Source: Acutalibacteraceae bacterium
GTDB taxonomy: Bacteria; Bacillota; Clostridia; Oscillospirales; Acutalibacteraceae
Length of the DNA: 64,000 bases
Reading direction: 5' to 3'
NCBI GenBank assembly: GCA_045579365.1
Contig: JAZNLZ010000021.1
Location: 37,794 to 101,793 of the forward strand
Part shown: in pieces, positions 27,965 through 36,717 of the stretch
Position numbering within the stretch: the first letter of the stretch is position 1
Layout of the letters: each line of letters opens with the position of its first letter
The notes under the pieces: generated by a model
What the model was told of the DNA's origin: nothing
Databases searched by the model: none
Seen by the model: the letters and a program-made list of their open reading frames with translations, nothing else
Program-made: the position numbers and the translations under genes

Positions 27965-28280
27965 TGAAATTTCAAAGGTTAACGGTTTTGAGTCTGTTAT
28001 TTTGCCCGATGGTGACCGTGAGGTTACAGGTGTTTACATAGGCGATTTGCTTAGTTGGGTTATGGGAAAAGCAAATAGTGGCGATGCGTGGATTACCATT
28101 ATGTCTAATATTAATATTTTGGCAGTGGCTTCGCTTACCGATTGCAGTTGTATCATTTTAAGTGAGGGTGTAACCCTTTCGGAAGATGTAATATCCACTG
28201 CAAAGGATAAGGAAATTAACATCCTTGCCTTTTCGGGTAGCAGTTATGATGCAGCCGTTTGTTTGAATGGTATAATATGA
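27954..28280 (+). CDS. DRTGG-domain protein 2
   Basis: About 108 aa, similar in size and pattern to the first DRTGG protein (NILAVASLTDCSCIILSEG). GGTGAG lies 8 nt upstream of the ATG at 27954. It overlaps both neighbouring genes. Confidence 0.55.
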   Translation: MTVNEISKVNGFESVILPDGDREVTGVYIGDLLSWVMGKANSGDAWITIMSNINILAVASLTDCSCIILSEGVTLSEDVISTAKDKEINILAFSGSSYDAAVCLNGII

Positions 28281-29008
28281 AAAAGTATTACTACGATTTG
28301 CATATACACTCGTGTCTTTCTCCTTGTGGAGATGATGACTCAACTCCAAATAGTATTGCAGGTATGGGGGAGTTGAACGGGCTTCAAATAATGGCCCTTA
28401 CCGACCATAACACCTGCAAAAACTGTCCTGCTTTTTTTAAGGCCTGTAAAAACCACGGGATTTTACCTGTGGCAGGAATGGAACTTACAACTGCTGAAGA
28501 TATTCACGCTGTGTGTTTATTCCCGAATCTTGAAAAGGCAATGGAGTTTGACGAGTATATAACTTCAAGGCGAATACTTATTCCAAATAGAGTGGATATT
28601 TTCGGTAATCAGCTGATTTGCGACAGTGAAGATAACGTTATTGGGAGCGACGAATATTTGCTTTCTAACGCTACCGACATTTCTATCGATGAAGCGCCAA
28701 AACTGATTGAGAGTTTTGGTGGGATTTGTTTCCCGGCTCATATCGACCGTGATTCTAACGGAATAATCGCTGTTTTGGGTACTTTCCCCGAAACCCCGAT
28801 TTTCACCACGGCAGAATTTCACGATGGCGCAAAGATAGATGATTACACCGAGAAATATTCCTTGGAAAACAAGTTTAAAATTATAGACTCCGATGCTCAC
28901 TTTTTGTGGGACATTAAGGAGGCTACCGATTTCCTTGAGTTAGAGGAAATCACAAACCCTGACAAAACAGGGGAGAGCATAATCAAGTTTTTGAGGGAAG
29001 GCAAATGA
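28277..29008 (+). CDS. PHP-domain phosphoesterase
   Basis: YDLHIHS...LTDHN...AHIDR metal-binding motifs. ATGA overlap with the upstream gene. Confidence 0.75.
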   Translation: MKKYYYDLHIHSCLSPCGDDDSTPNSIAGMGELNGLQIMALTDHNTCKNCPAFFKACKNHGILPVAGMELTTAEDIHAVCLFPNLEKAMEFDEYITSRRILIPNRVDIFGNQLICDSEDNVIGSDEYLLSNATDISIDEAPKLIESFGGICFPAHIDRDSNGIIAVLGTFPETPIFTTAEFHDGAKIDDYTEKYSLENKFKIIDSDAHFLWDIKEATDFLELEEITNPDKTGESIIKFLREGK

Positions 29009-29550
29009 AAGAATTATCACTTAATATTCTTGATATTGCAGAAAATTCGGTTAAGGCAAAGGCAAGTTTGACCGAGATTTCTATAGAAGAAACCGAGGAC
29101 AAATTAGTCCTGACTTTTACCGATGACGGAACAGGTATGACCGAAGAAACTTTAAAAACCGTTACCGACCCATTTTACACAACCCGAACAACCAGAAAGG
29201 TTGGAATGGGTTTGCCACTACTTAAGTTAGAGGCTGAAATGACCGGTGGCAGTTTGGAGGTTACTTCGAAACATATCAGTGAAGATAGTGTAAATCACGG
29301 CACGACTGTTCGTGCAGTGTTTTATAAAAACCATATCGATTTTACTCCCTTGGGGGATGTAATTGAGACGGTTGCCACTTTAATTCAAGGTCATCCCGAT
29401 ACCGATTTCCTTTTTACCCACAAGATGGAAAACAAGGAAATCTCGCTTGACACAAGAGAACTTCGTGTGGTGCTTGAGGGGGTTCCCCTTAACACTTATG
29501 AGGTAATAAAGTGGATTAGAGAGTTTCTCAAAGAACAGTATATAAATTAG
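29005..29550 (+). CDS. Small GHKL ATPase (histidine-kinase-like ATPase domain only) of hydrogenase operons
   Basis: N box LDIAENS, G1 DDGTGM and G2 GMGLPL. ATGA overlap with the PHP gene. Confidence 0.7.
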   Translation: MKELSLNILDIAENSVKAKASLTEISIEETEDKLVLTFTDDGTGMTEETLKTVTDPFYTTRTTRKVGMGLPLLKLEAEMTGGSLEVTSKHISEDSVNHGTTVRAVFYKNHIDFTPLGDVIETVATLIQGHPDTDFLFTHKMENKEISLDTRELRVVLEGVPLNTYEVIKWIREFLKEQYIN

Positions 29551-29571
29551 ATTGAAATAGGAGGAAAAAAG

Positions 29572-29940
29572 ATGAAATCATTGGCTGAATTACAGGCAAT
29601 AAAGGACAAAATGAAAAACAAGGTTGTTCTTCGTGAGGGTACCAACGAACTCCGTATAGTTGTTGGTATGGCTACCTGTGGTATTGCTGCCGGTGCACGC
29701 CCTGTGCTTAACACCATTGTTGAAGCCGTTAACGAAGGTGGCCTTGCTGATAAGGTAACCGTTTCTCAAACCGGCTGTATTGGTCTTTGCCAATTTGAGC
29801 CTATCGTGGAAGTTCACGAAGCAGGCAAAGAAAAGGTGACCTATGTTAAGGTTGATTCCGATAAGGCAAAACGCATTATTGAGGAACATATTAAAGGCGG
29901 AAAAGTGATTGCTGAATTCACTCTTTCTGACTTAAAGTAA
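29572..29940 (+). CDS. Thioredoxin-like [2Fe-2S] ferredoxin (HydD-type small subunit)
   Basis: CGIAAG...GCIGLC Cys pattern in a 122-aa protein. Confidence 0.8.
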   Translation: MKSLAELQAIKDKMKNKVVLREGTNELRIVVGMATCGIAAGARPVLNTIVEAVNEGGLADKVTVSQTGCIGLCQFEPIVEVHEAGKEKVTYVKVDSDKAKRIIEEHIKGGKVIAEFTLSDLK

Positions 29941-29957
29941 TATTGGAGGATTAGTTT

Positions 29958-31775
29958 ATGGTTCGTTCACATGTATTAATATGCGGTGGTACCGGCTGTA
30001 CTTCTTCCGGTAGTGTTGCAATTCAAGAAGCATTTAAAACTAATATCGAGGCTTTCGGTCTTGGTGAAGAAGTTAAGGTTGTTGAAACCGGATGCTTTGG
30101 TCTTTGCGCATTAGGGCCCGTTGTTATCGTTTATCCTGACGGCACTTTCTATAGCCGTGTTACTCCTGAAGATGTTAAAGAAATCGTTGAAGAGCATCTT
30201 CTCAAAGGCAGAAAGGTTGAGCGTTTAATTTACAGCGACACAGGCGAAGAGGTTGCCGATGTAACTGCAGTAGCACTTAGCGATACTGCTTTCTACAAAT
30301 CTCAAAACCGTGTTGTTCTTCGTAACTGTGGTGTTATCGACCCCGAAAGCATTGACGAGTATATCGCAATGGATGGTTACGAGGCTTTAGGTAGAGTTCT
30401 TACCGAAATGACACCTGAGGATGTTATTAAAATCGTTTCCGACTCAGGTTTAAGAGGCCGTGGTGGCGGTGGCTTCCCCACAGGCTTCAAATGGTCTTTA
30501 TGTGCTCCTAATAAGGCAGACCAAAAATATGTTGTTTGTAACGCTGACGAAGGCGACCCCGGTGCATTTATGGACCGTTCCGTTTTGGAAGGTGACCCCC
30601 ACTGCTTAGTTGAAGCAATGGCTATCGCTGGTTACGCTATCGGCGCTACCGAAGGTTACGTTTACGTTCGTGCTGAGTATCCTATCGCTGTTAAGCGTTT
30701 GCAAAAGGCTATTGACGATGCTCGTGAGTACGGTCTTTTAGGTAAAAACATCTTCGGTTCAGGTTTTGATTTTAATCTTCACATTCGTCTTGGCGCAGGT
30801 GCTTTCGTATGTGGTGAGGAAACAGCACTTATGACCTCTATCGAGGGTAACCGTGGTGAGCCCAGACCTCGTCCTCCTTATCCTGCTGTTAAGGGTCTTT
30901 TCGGCAAACCTACCGTTGAAAACAACGTTGAAACCTTCGCAAATATTCCCCAAATTATTCTTAGAGGTGCCGATTGGTTCGCTTCCATGGGTACCGAGAA
31001 ATCTAAGGGTACCAAGGTATTCGCACTAGGTGGTAACATTAACAATACCGGTCTTGTTGAAATTCCTATGGGTACAACTCTTCGCCATATCATTTATGAT
31101 ATTGGTGGCGGTATCCCCGGTGGCAAGGCATTCAAGGCTGCTCAAACAGGTGGTCCTTCCGGTGGATGTATCCCTGCATCTTTAATTGATACCGAAGTTG
31201 ATTACGATAACCTTACTGCTATCGGCTGTATGATGGGTTCCGGTGGTCTTATCGTAATGGATGAAGATACCTGTATGGTTGATATGGCTAAATTCTTCCT
31301 TGAGTTTACCGTTGATGAGTCTTGTGGTAAGTGTACTCCTTGCCGTGTTGGTACCAAGAGACTTCTTGAGTTACTTGATGATATTACTAAGGGCAAGGGC
31401 ACATTAGAGGATATTGACCGTCTTGAGTGGCTTTGCAACTATATTAAGCAAAACTCACTTTGTGGTCTTGGACAAACTGCTCCTAACCCCGTTCTTGCAA
31501 CACTTAAGTTCTTCCGTGAGGAATATGTTGCTCACGTTGTTGACAAGAAGTGTCCTGCAGGCGTTTGTAAGGATTTACTTACCTTTACAATTGATAAGGA
31601 TAAATGTATCGGTTGTGGATTGTGCGCTAGAAACTGTCCCGTTAACGCAATCGTTAAGACCGATTACATTGCTCCCGGCCACAAGTTGGCTTCTTACACC
31701 ATCGATGCTGAAAAATGTATCAAATGTGGTGTTTGTATGGGTAACTGTAGGCCTAAAGCAATTGAGAAGATTTAA
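29958..31775 (+). CDS. hydB: NuoF-like flavoprotein subunit of the bifurcating hydrogenase (HydB)
   Basis: N-terminal [2Fe-2S] domain, GRGGGGFPTG (FMN), the NADH site, the CGKCTPCR [4Fe-4S] motif, and a C-terminal 2x[4Fe-4S] domain (CIGCGLCARNCP / CIKCGVCMGNC). Confidence 0.92.
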   Translation: MVRSHVLICGGTGCTSSGSVAIQEAFKTNIEAFGLGEEVKVVETGCFGLCALGPVVIVYPDGTFYSRVTPEDVKEIVEEHLLKGRKVERLIYSDTGEEVADVTAVALSDTAFYKSQNRVVLRNCGVIDPESIDEYIAMDGYEALGRVLTEMTPEDVIKIVSDSGLRGRGGGGFPTGFKWSLCAPNKADQKYVVCNADEGDPGAFMDRSVLEGDPHCLVEAMAIAGYAIGATEGYVYVRAEYPIAVKRLQKAIDDAREYGLLGKNIFGSGFDFNLHIRLGAGAFVCGEETALMTSIEGNRGEPRPRPPYPAVKGLFGKPTVENNVETFANIPQIILRGADWFASMGTEKSKGTKVFALGGNINNTGLVEIPMGTTLRHIIYDIGGGIPGGKAFKAAQTGGPSGGCIPASLIDTEVDYDNLTAIGCMMGSGGLIVMDEDTCMVDMAKFFLEFTVDESCGKCTPCRVGTKRLLELLDDITKGKGTLEDIDRLEWLCNYIKQNSLCGLGQTAPNPVLATLKFFREEYVAHVVDKKCPAGVCKDLLTFTIDKDKCIGCGLCARNCPVNAIVKTDYIAPGHKLASYTIDAEKCIKCGVCMGNCRPKAIEKI

Positions 31776-31792
31776 GAAAGGAGCCTAGTATA

Positions 31793-33544
31793 ATGGATAT
31801 GTTAAATGTAAAAATTAACGGTATTTCCGTAAGTGTACCCAAGGGCTCTACTGTTTTAGATGCTGCCCGAAAAGCCGGTATCGAAATTCCTACCCTTTGT
31901 TTTATGAAAGAAAAGAACGAAATCGGTGCTTGTAGAATTTGTATGGTTGAGGTTAACGAGGGAAGAGGTTTCCGTATGGTTACTGCCTGCGTTTACCCCT
32001 GCTCCGAAGGTATGGAAGTTTTAACCAATACCGAGAAGGTTCAAAAGTCAAGAAGAACAACCTTAGAGCTTATTCTTTCAACCCATGAAAAGAAATGTCT
32101 CTCTTGCGTTCGTTCAACCAACTGCGAGCTTCAAAAACTTTGCCGTGACTACGGCGTTGAGGAATCTGCTTTCGGTGGTTTCAGACCCGAGTATGAGCTA
32201 GACAATTCCACACCTCACCTTGTGAGAGATAATAACAAGTGTGTTCTTTGCCGTCGTTGTGTTGCTGTTTGTGAAGAACAGTATGTAGGCGTTATCGGCG
32301 CTAACAACCGTGGTATTGATACCAATATTGGCACTCCTTTCGAGGTTGGCCTTTCCAAAGTTCCTTGTATTTCTTGTGGTCAATGTACTGCTGTTTGTCC
32401 CACAGGCGCTTTGGTTGAAAAGGATGACACTGCTAAGATTTGGGAAGCTTTGGCTGACCCCAGCAAGCATGTTGTTGTTCAAACTGCTCCTTCTATTCGT
32501 GCAACACTCGGTGAGTGTTTCGATATGCCTATCGGCACCAATGTTGAGGGCAAGATGGTTGCTGCTTTAAGAAGACTCGGTTTTGACAAGGTATTTGATA
32601 CCGACTTCTCAGCCGACCTTACCATCGTTGAAGAAGCAAACGAATTGGTTGAGCGTATCAACAATAACGGCGTTCTTCCTATGATTACTTCTTGCTCACC
32701 CGGTTGGGTTAAGTTCTGTGAGTACTATTATCCCGATATGTTGGCTCACTTATCTTCTTGTAAGTCTCCTCAACAAATGGCAGGTGCTGTAATTAAGACC
32801 TACTATGCTGAGAAGGCTGGCATTGACCCCAAGGATATCGTTTGTGTATCCGTAATGCCTTGTACTGCTAAGAAGTTCGAAATTGGTAGAGATGACCAAT
32901 CTGCTGCAGGTGTTCCTGATGTAGATATCGCAATCACCACCCGTGAACTTTCTCGTATGATTATGCGTGCAGGTCTTAACTTCACTGCTTTGCCTGATGA
33001 AGAGTTTGACTCTCCCTTGGGCGAGGATACCGGTGCTGCTGTTATCTTCGGTGCTACCGGTGGTGTTATGGAAGCTGCTCTTAGAACTGCTAACGACTGG
33101 CTTACCGGTAAGGACAATACTGAAATTGACTTTACTGCTGTTCGTGGCACAATGGGTCTAAAACAAGCTACCGTTAATATTAACGGCGCTGACATTAAGG
33201 TTGCTGTTGCCAGTGGTGCTGCAGCTGCTAAGGTTGTTATGGATAGAATGAAGGCTGGCAACCCCGACGGTTGGACCTTTATTGAGATTATGGGATGCCC
33301 CGGTGGTTGTGTAAACGGTGGTGGCCAACCCATTCAACCTCAGAGCGTTCGTGATACCGTTGACCTTAAGGCTGTTCGTGCAAAGGCTCTTTATGACCAA
33401 GATGCTGCAATGACCTTGAGAAAATCTCACGAATCTCCTGTTGTTAAGAAGCTTTATGAAGAGTGGTACGATGGTTTCGGTGGCCATAAGGCTCATCACG
33501 ACCTCCACACAAGCTACGTAGCAAGAGAAAAATATTCTAAATAA
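31793..33544 (+). CDS. hydA: [FeFe]-hydrogenase catalytic subunit (HydA, trimeric/bifurcating type)
   Basis: N-terminal plant-type [2Fe-2S] domain, a His-ligated cluster and 2x[4Fe-4S]. H-cluster motifs are TSCSPGW, MPCTAKKFE and EIMGCPGGCVNGGGQP. Confidence 0.92.
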   Translation: MDMLNVKINGISVSVPKGSTVLDAARKAGIEIPTLCFMKEKNEIGACRICMVEVNEGRGFRMVTACVYPCSEGMEVLTNTEKVQKSRRTTLELILSTHEKKCLSCVRSTNCELQKLCRDYGVEESAFGGFRPEYELDNSTPHLVRDNNKCVLCRRCVAVCEEQYVGVIGANNRGIDTNIGTPFEVGLSKVPCISCGQCTAVCPTGALVEKDDTAKIWEALADPSKHVVVQTAPSIRATLGECFDMPIGTNVEGKMVAALRRLGFDKVFDTDFSADLTIVEEANELVERINNNGVLPMITSCSPGWVKFCEYYYPDMLAHLSSCKSPQQMAGAVIKTYYAEKAGIDPKDIVCVSVMPCTAKKFEIGRDDQSAAGVPDVDIAITTRELSRMIMRAGLNFTALPDEEFDSPLGEDTGAAVIFGATGGVMEAALRTANDWLTGKDNTEIDFTAVRGTMGLKQATVNINGADIKVAVASGAAAAKVVMDRMKAGNPDGWTFIEIMGCPGGCVNGGGQPIQPQSVRDTVDLKAVRAKALYDQDAAMTLRKSHESPVVKKLYEEWYDGFGGHKAHHDLHTSYVAREKYSK

Positions 33545-33552
33545 GAATAACA

Positions 33553-33591
33553 AAAGGGCTTACCGATTTTTCGGTAAGCCCTTTAAGTTTT
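33553..33591 (+). terminator. Rho-independent terminator of the hyd operon
   Basis: AAAGGGCTTACCGA-TTTT-TCGGTAAGCCCTTT followed by AAGTTTT. Confidence 0.85.
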
Positions 33592-33654
33592 GTCATATAT
33601 ATTTGAACTTTTACATATTAAATCACACCAAGGTGTGATTGTGATTTCGGTTTG

Positions 33655-33691
33655 AATAAAACAAAGCATTGCGAAAGCAATGCTTTGTTTT
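33655..33691 (-). terminator. Terminator downstream of ssrA
   Basis: 14-bp stem AAACAAAGCATTGC/GCAATGCTTTGTTT with a GAAA loop. On the minus strand it is followed by UUUUAUU. Confidence 0.75.
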
Positions 33692-34036
33692 TGGTGGAGG
33701 TGGGGGGAATTGAACCCCCGTCCGAAAATCTATTCATATAGGCATCTCCGAGTGCAGATGTTCTTTTAAATTCCCTCAATATTCGCCGAACATCAGGCTA
33801 ACATATTGGAAAGTCCCTACTGCGTGACCGAAAAGGGGACAATTCTCAGTTCACGTTCACCGCTAAAATGACACCCGTATCGGCTCGCGGTACTGCCGAC
33901 TTGGATGAGCAGCCAAATTAGGCTGCTAAAGCAACTTTATTGTTGTTAGTTAATTTTTTATGCAGATTTTAAAGTGGTTCTGCACCACTACTCGCTTCCT
34001 ATACTGCAAAATCCCCGTCGAAACCTTTACACCCCC
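33692..34036 (-). ncRNA. ssrA: tmRNA (SsrA)
   Basis: - 5' end on the minus strand: GGGGGUGUAAAGGUUUCGACGGGG.
- 3' end: GGGGGUUCAAUUCCCCCCACCUCCACCA.
- The acceptor stem has the G3.U pair.
- An internal frame ends ...NNNKVALAA-UAA.
- It lies adjacent to smpB. Confidence 0.92.
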
Positions 34037-34074
34037 ATATATGAAGTAAGAAGTAAAAGGGAAGAGGTAAGAAG

Positions 34075-34533
34075 TTAGCGGTTTTGTTCCTTCATTGCCC
34101 TGTCAATAGTGCGCATTGCATCACGCTTTGCAGCAGTTTCACGCTTATCGTGAAGCTTTTTACCTTTGCAAAGACCAAGTTGCACCTTAACAAGTGAACC
34201 CTTAAAATAAAGGGAAAGGGGAACAAGAGCCAAACCTTCTTGTTTTACTGTACCCAAAAGTCGCATAATTTCTCGCTTGTGGAGTAAAAGTTTGCGATTT
34301 CTCATGGGTGGTTTGTTAAATCTATTACCGTGGTCATAAGGGCTGATGTGCATTTGTTTAATAATCATTTCGCCATCATCAATGCTGCACCAAGCATCCT
34401 TTAAATTCACCCCACCTTGTCTGATAGACTTAACCTCAGTACCCGAAAGGGCGATTCCACACTCAAAACTTTCAAGAACAAAATATTCATGAAAAGCTTT
34501 TTTATTTGTTGTAATGTTCTTAATGTTTTCCAC
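34075..34533 (-). CDS. smpB: SsrA-binding protein SmpB
   Basis: 152 aa with NKKAFHEY...GTEVKS...ISPY motifs and a GTG start preceded by GGAG. Confidence 0.92.
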   Translation of the reverse strand: MENIKNITTNKKAFHEYFVLESFECGIALSGTEVKSIRQGGVNLKDAWCSIDDGEMIIKQMHISPYDHGNRFNKPPMRNRKLLLHKREIMRLLGTVKQEGLALVPLSLYFKGSLVKVQLGLCKGKKLHDKRETAAKRDAMRTIDRAMKEQNR

Positions 34534-34584
34534 GAAACCACTCCTTTCAATAGTTTACCACAAGGTGTTTAAAAATAGTGTCGA

Positions 34585-34620
34585 AAAAAGGTGCCATTAC
34601 TCGAGGTAAAGGCACCGCTT
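34585..34620 (-). terminator. Terminator downstream of the ferredoxin gene
   Basis: GGTGCC...GGCACC stem. On the minus strand it is followed by TTTTTT. Confidence 0.6.
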
Positions 34621-34643
34621 TTTCATCTTAACAGGATTGTTAA

Positions 34644-34814
34644 TTAGTCCTCAACGATAGCCTCAACGGGGCAACCGCTAGCACAAGCGCCACAGCTGAT
34701 GCAAGCATCTGCATTAATCTCGAATTGAGTATCACCCTCAGCAATAGCTTCTACAGGGCAAGCACCTGCACATGCACCACAGCTGATGCAAGCGTCAGTA
34801 ATTTTATAAGCCAT
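34644..34814 (-). CDS. fdx: Clostridial 2x[4Fe-4S] ferredoxin (56 aa, absent from the ORF track)
   Basis: My hand translation gives MAYKITDACISCGACAGACPVEAIAEGDTQFEINADACISCGACASGCPVEAIVED. It has two CxxCxxCxxxCP motifs, and GGAGGTG lies upstream of the ATG. Confidence 0.9.
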   Translation of the reverse strand: MAYKITDACISCGACAGACPVEAIAEGDTQFEINADACISCGACASGCPVEAIVED

Positions 34815-34862
34815 CTAAAACACCTCCATAATACGGAATTTTAAGCTTACTGCTTATTTCTC

Positions 34863-34890
34863 ATTGTATCACAATTTATCGAAAAAGCAA
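34863..34890 (-). promoter_or_regulatory. Sigma-A promoter for the ferredoxin gene
   Basis: On the minus strand: TTGCTT, a 16-nt spacer, then TACAAT with TGa (extended -10). Confidence 0.45.
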
Positions 34891-34923
34891 GTAAAATATT
34901 AACTATTGTTAAAAATAACATTT

Positions 34924-35766
34924 TTAGTCTTGATTATTGTTCTTGAAATTTTTCCCTTTGTAACTTAAAAGTTTAACATCATCACGATGAACTTTGAAGG
35001 GCATAGACTCGGTATCGGTGAGTTTTACAATGAGATTTCCACTAATAAGATTAGAGTCAATAACGGTAGCCTTGCCATCACGAGTCTTAACAATTGCGCC
35101 TACACGAGGGGTGAAGGAAGCCAAATGCTCGTAAGCGTCCTGCTCGTATTTAAGGCAACACATAAGTCTTCCACAACTGCCCGAAACCTTTGTGGGATTA
35201 AGGGAAAGTCCTTGTTCTTTAGCCATTTTAATCGAAACGGCCTCAAAATCGTTTAAGAACTGTTTACAGCAATAAGGCTGACCACAAATTCCAATGCCAC
35301 CAAGCATTTTTGCTTCATCACGAACCCCGATTTGGCGAAGTTCGATTCGGGTGTGGAATTCGGCAGCTAAGTCTTTAACAAGTTCACGGAAATCTACACG
35401 GCCATCGGCAGTGAAGAAGAAAACGATTTGACTTGCATCAAAAGAATATTCAACCTTGGTGAGTTTCATGTCAAGATTATGCTCGGCGATTTTTTTCTCG
35501 CAAACTGTGAAAGCTTCGGCTTCCTTTTTGCGATTTTCTTCAAGACGGGCAAAATCCTTTTGGTTTGCAAAACGCACCATTTTTCTTAAAGGTTGCACAA
35601 TTTTATCTTCAGGCACCAAATGGTTATCTTCGCTAACGGTGGCAAGTTCTTTGCCTCGTTGCATTTCAACAATAACCTTATCGCCAATTTTAACCTTATT
35701 ACCGTCGGGGTCGAAGAAATAATCTTTTCCACCACTTTTAAATCTGATTGATATAACTTCTGTCAT
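34924..35766 (-). CDS. ricT: PSP1-domain protein YaaT/RicT
   Basis: PSP1 domain containing the Cys cluster GICGQPYCC...GSCGRLMCCL. It sits downstream of holB, as in B. subtilis. GGAG lies upstream of the second ATG. Confidence 0.85.
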   Translation of the reverse strand: MTEVISIRFKSGGKDYFFDPDGNKVKIGDKVIVEMQRGKELATVSEDNHLVPEDKIVQPLRKMVRFANQKDFARLEENRKKEAEAFTVCEKKIAEHNLDMKLTKVEYSFDASQIVFFFTADGRVDFRELVKDLAAEFHTRIELRQIGVRDEAKMLGGIGICGQPYCCKQFLNDFEAVSIKMAKEQGLSLNPTKVSGSCGRLMCCLKYEQDAYEHLASFTPRVGAIVKTRDGKATVIDSNLISGNLIVKLTDTESMPFKVHRDDVKLLSYKGKNFKNNNQD

Positions 35767-35790
35767 ATAAATCTCCATTCTGAAAAATTG

Positions 35791-36717
35791 CTAACTAATA
35801 TATTCCTTTGCAGTGGCTGTAAGGTCGGCAAACAGCAAAGATAATGTAACGTTTGTTACAAGACTTTCTTCAAAGGATGGGAGCTTATTATAAAATTTAA
35901 GTAGGGAAGGTGCCCTAACCGATGAAGGATTTTTCTTAATTTCATTAGCAACTAAAATTTTTAAATCCTTTATAAGTCGGTCAGCCTCAATACGGCTGTT
36001 CTCAAAGGGAGTAAGGCAGGTAAGCATTCCCCATTGATCGCCAGACAGGGCAAACTTCAAAAACTCTTTGGAAGCCTCGCTAACCTTAGGCGTAGCATTT
36101 CCGTTTAAAAACATAAGTGCTCTGCCAATATTGTTGCGAGAATTTTGAAGAGCAGTTTCAATATCGTTTTTATCAAACTGACTGTTTTTCTCTAAATATT
36201 CCGAAGCCTCGGTGAAACTTGGAACATTAAGGCTTAAAACAACACATCTTGAAATAATTGTATCCAAAAGGGAAGCTTTGCTTTCGGCAATTAAGATAAA
36301 CAAAGTGTTTTCAGGGGGTTCTTCTAAAACCTTAAGAAGTGCATTTTGGCACTGAGGGGTTAAACTTTGGGCAGGGTCGATTATGAAAACTTTATTCTTT
36401 GCTTGATGTGGTTTAATGTAAGCATTGTTTTTAAGTTCTCTAATTTGGTCAACAGCAAAGTTTTTCTTGTCCTTCTCGGGTGTTAAAAAACTAATATCGG
36501 GGTGATTTTCGGTTTGTGCCATATGGCAGTTGTTACACCTGCCACAAGGAATGTTATCATCACCACAAACCATGGCGCAAGCCAAGAAGTTTGCTAATGT
36601 GTGTTTTCCGGTTCCGGTATCACCGTCAATTAAAATTGCGTGGGGAATACGGTGCTCTTTTAAAGCATTTTCCAGTGAAGGCTTAATTTTACTGTTGCCG
36701 ACAAGGGGAAATGTCAT
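35791..36717 (-). CDS. holB: DNA polymerase III delta' subunit
   Basis: AAA+-like GDTGTGKHT, Zn-module CGRCNNC, and SRC motif (IISRC). Confidence 0.85.
   Translation of the reverse strand: MTFPLVGNSKIKPSLENALKEHRIPHAILIDGDTGTGKHTLANFLACAMVCGDDNIPCGRCNNCHMAQTENHPDISFLTPEKDKKNFAVDQIRELKNNAYIKPHQAKNKVFIIDPAQSLTPQCQNALLKVLEEPPENTLFILIAESKASLLDTIISRCVVLSLNVPSFTEASEYLEKNSQFDKNDIETALQNSRNNIGRALMFLNGNATPKVSEASKEFLKFALSGDQWGMLTCLTPFENSRIEADRLIKDLKILVANEIKKNPSSVRAPSLLKFYNKLPSFEESLVTNVTLSLLFADLTATAKEYIS

Noticed and set aside
33628-33650. Extra hairpin AAATCACACC-AA-GGTGTGATT between the hyd terminator and the ssrA terminator.
   Set aside because: It is a short isolated palindrome in a convergent intergenic region already containing two terminators. 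It has no flanking promoter or U-tract and is likely incidental.
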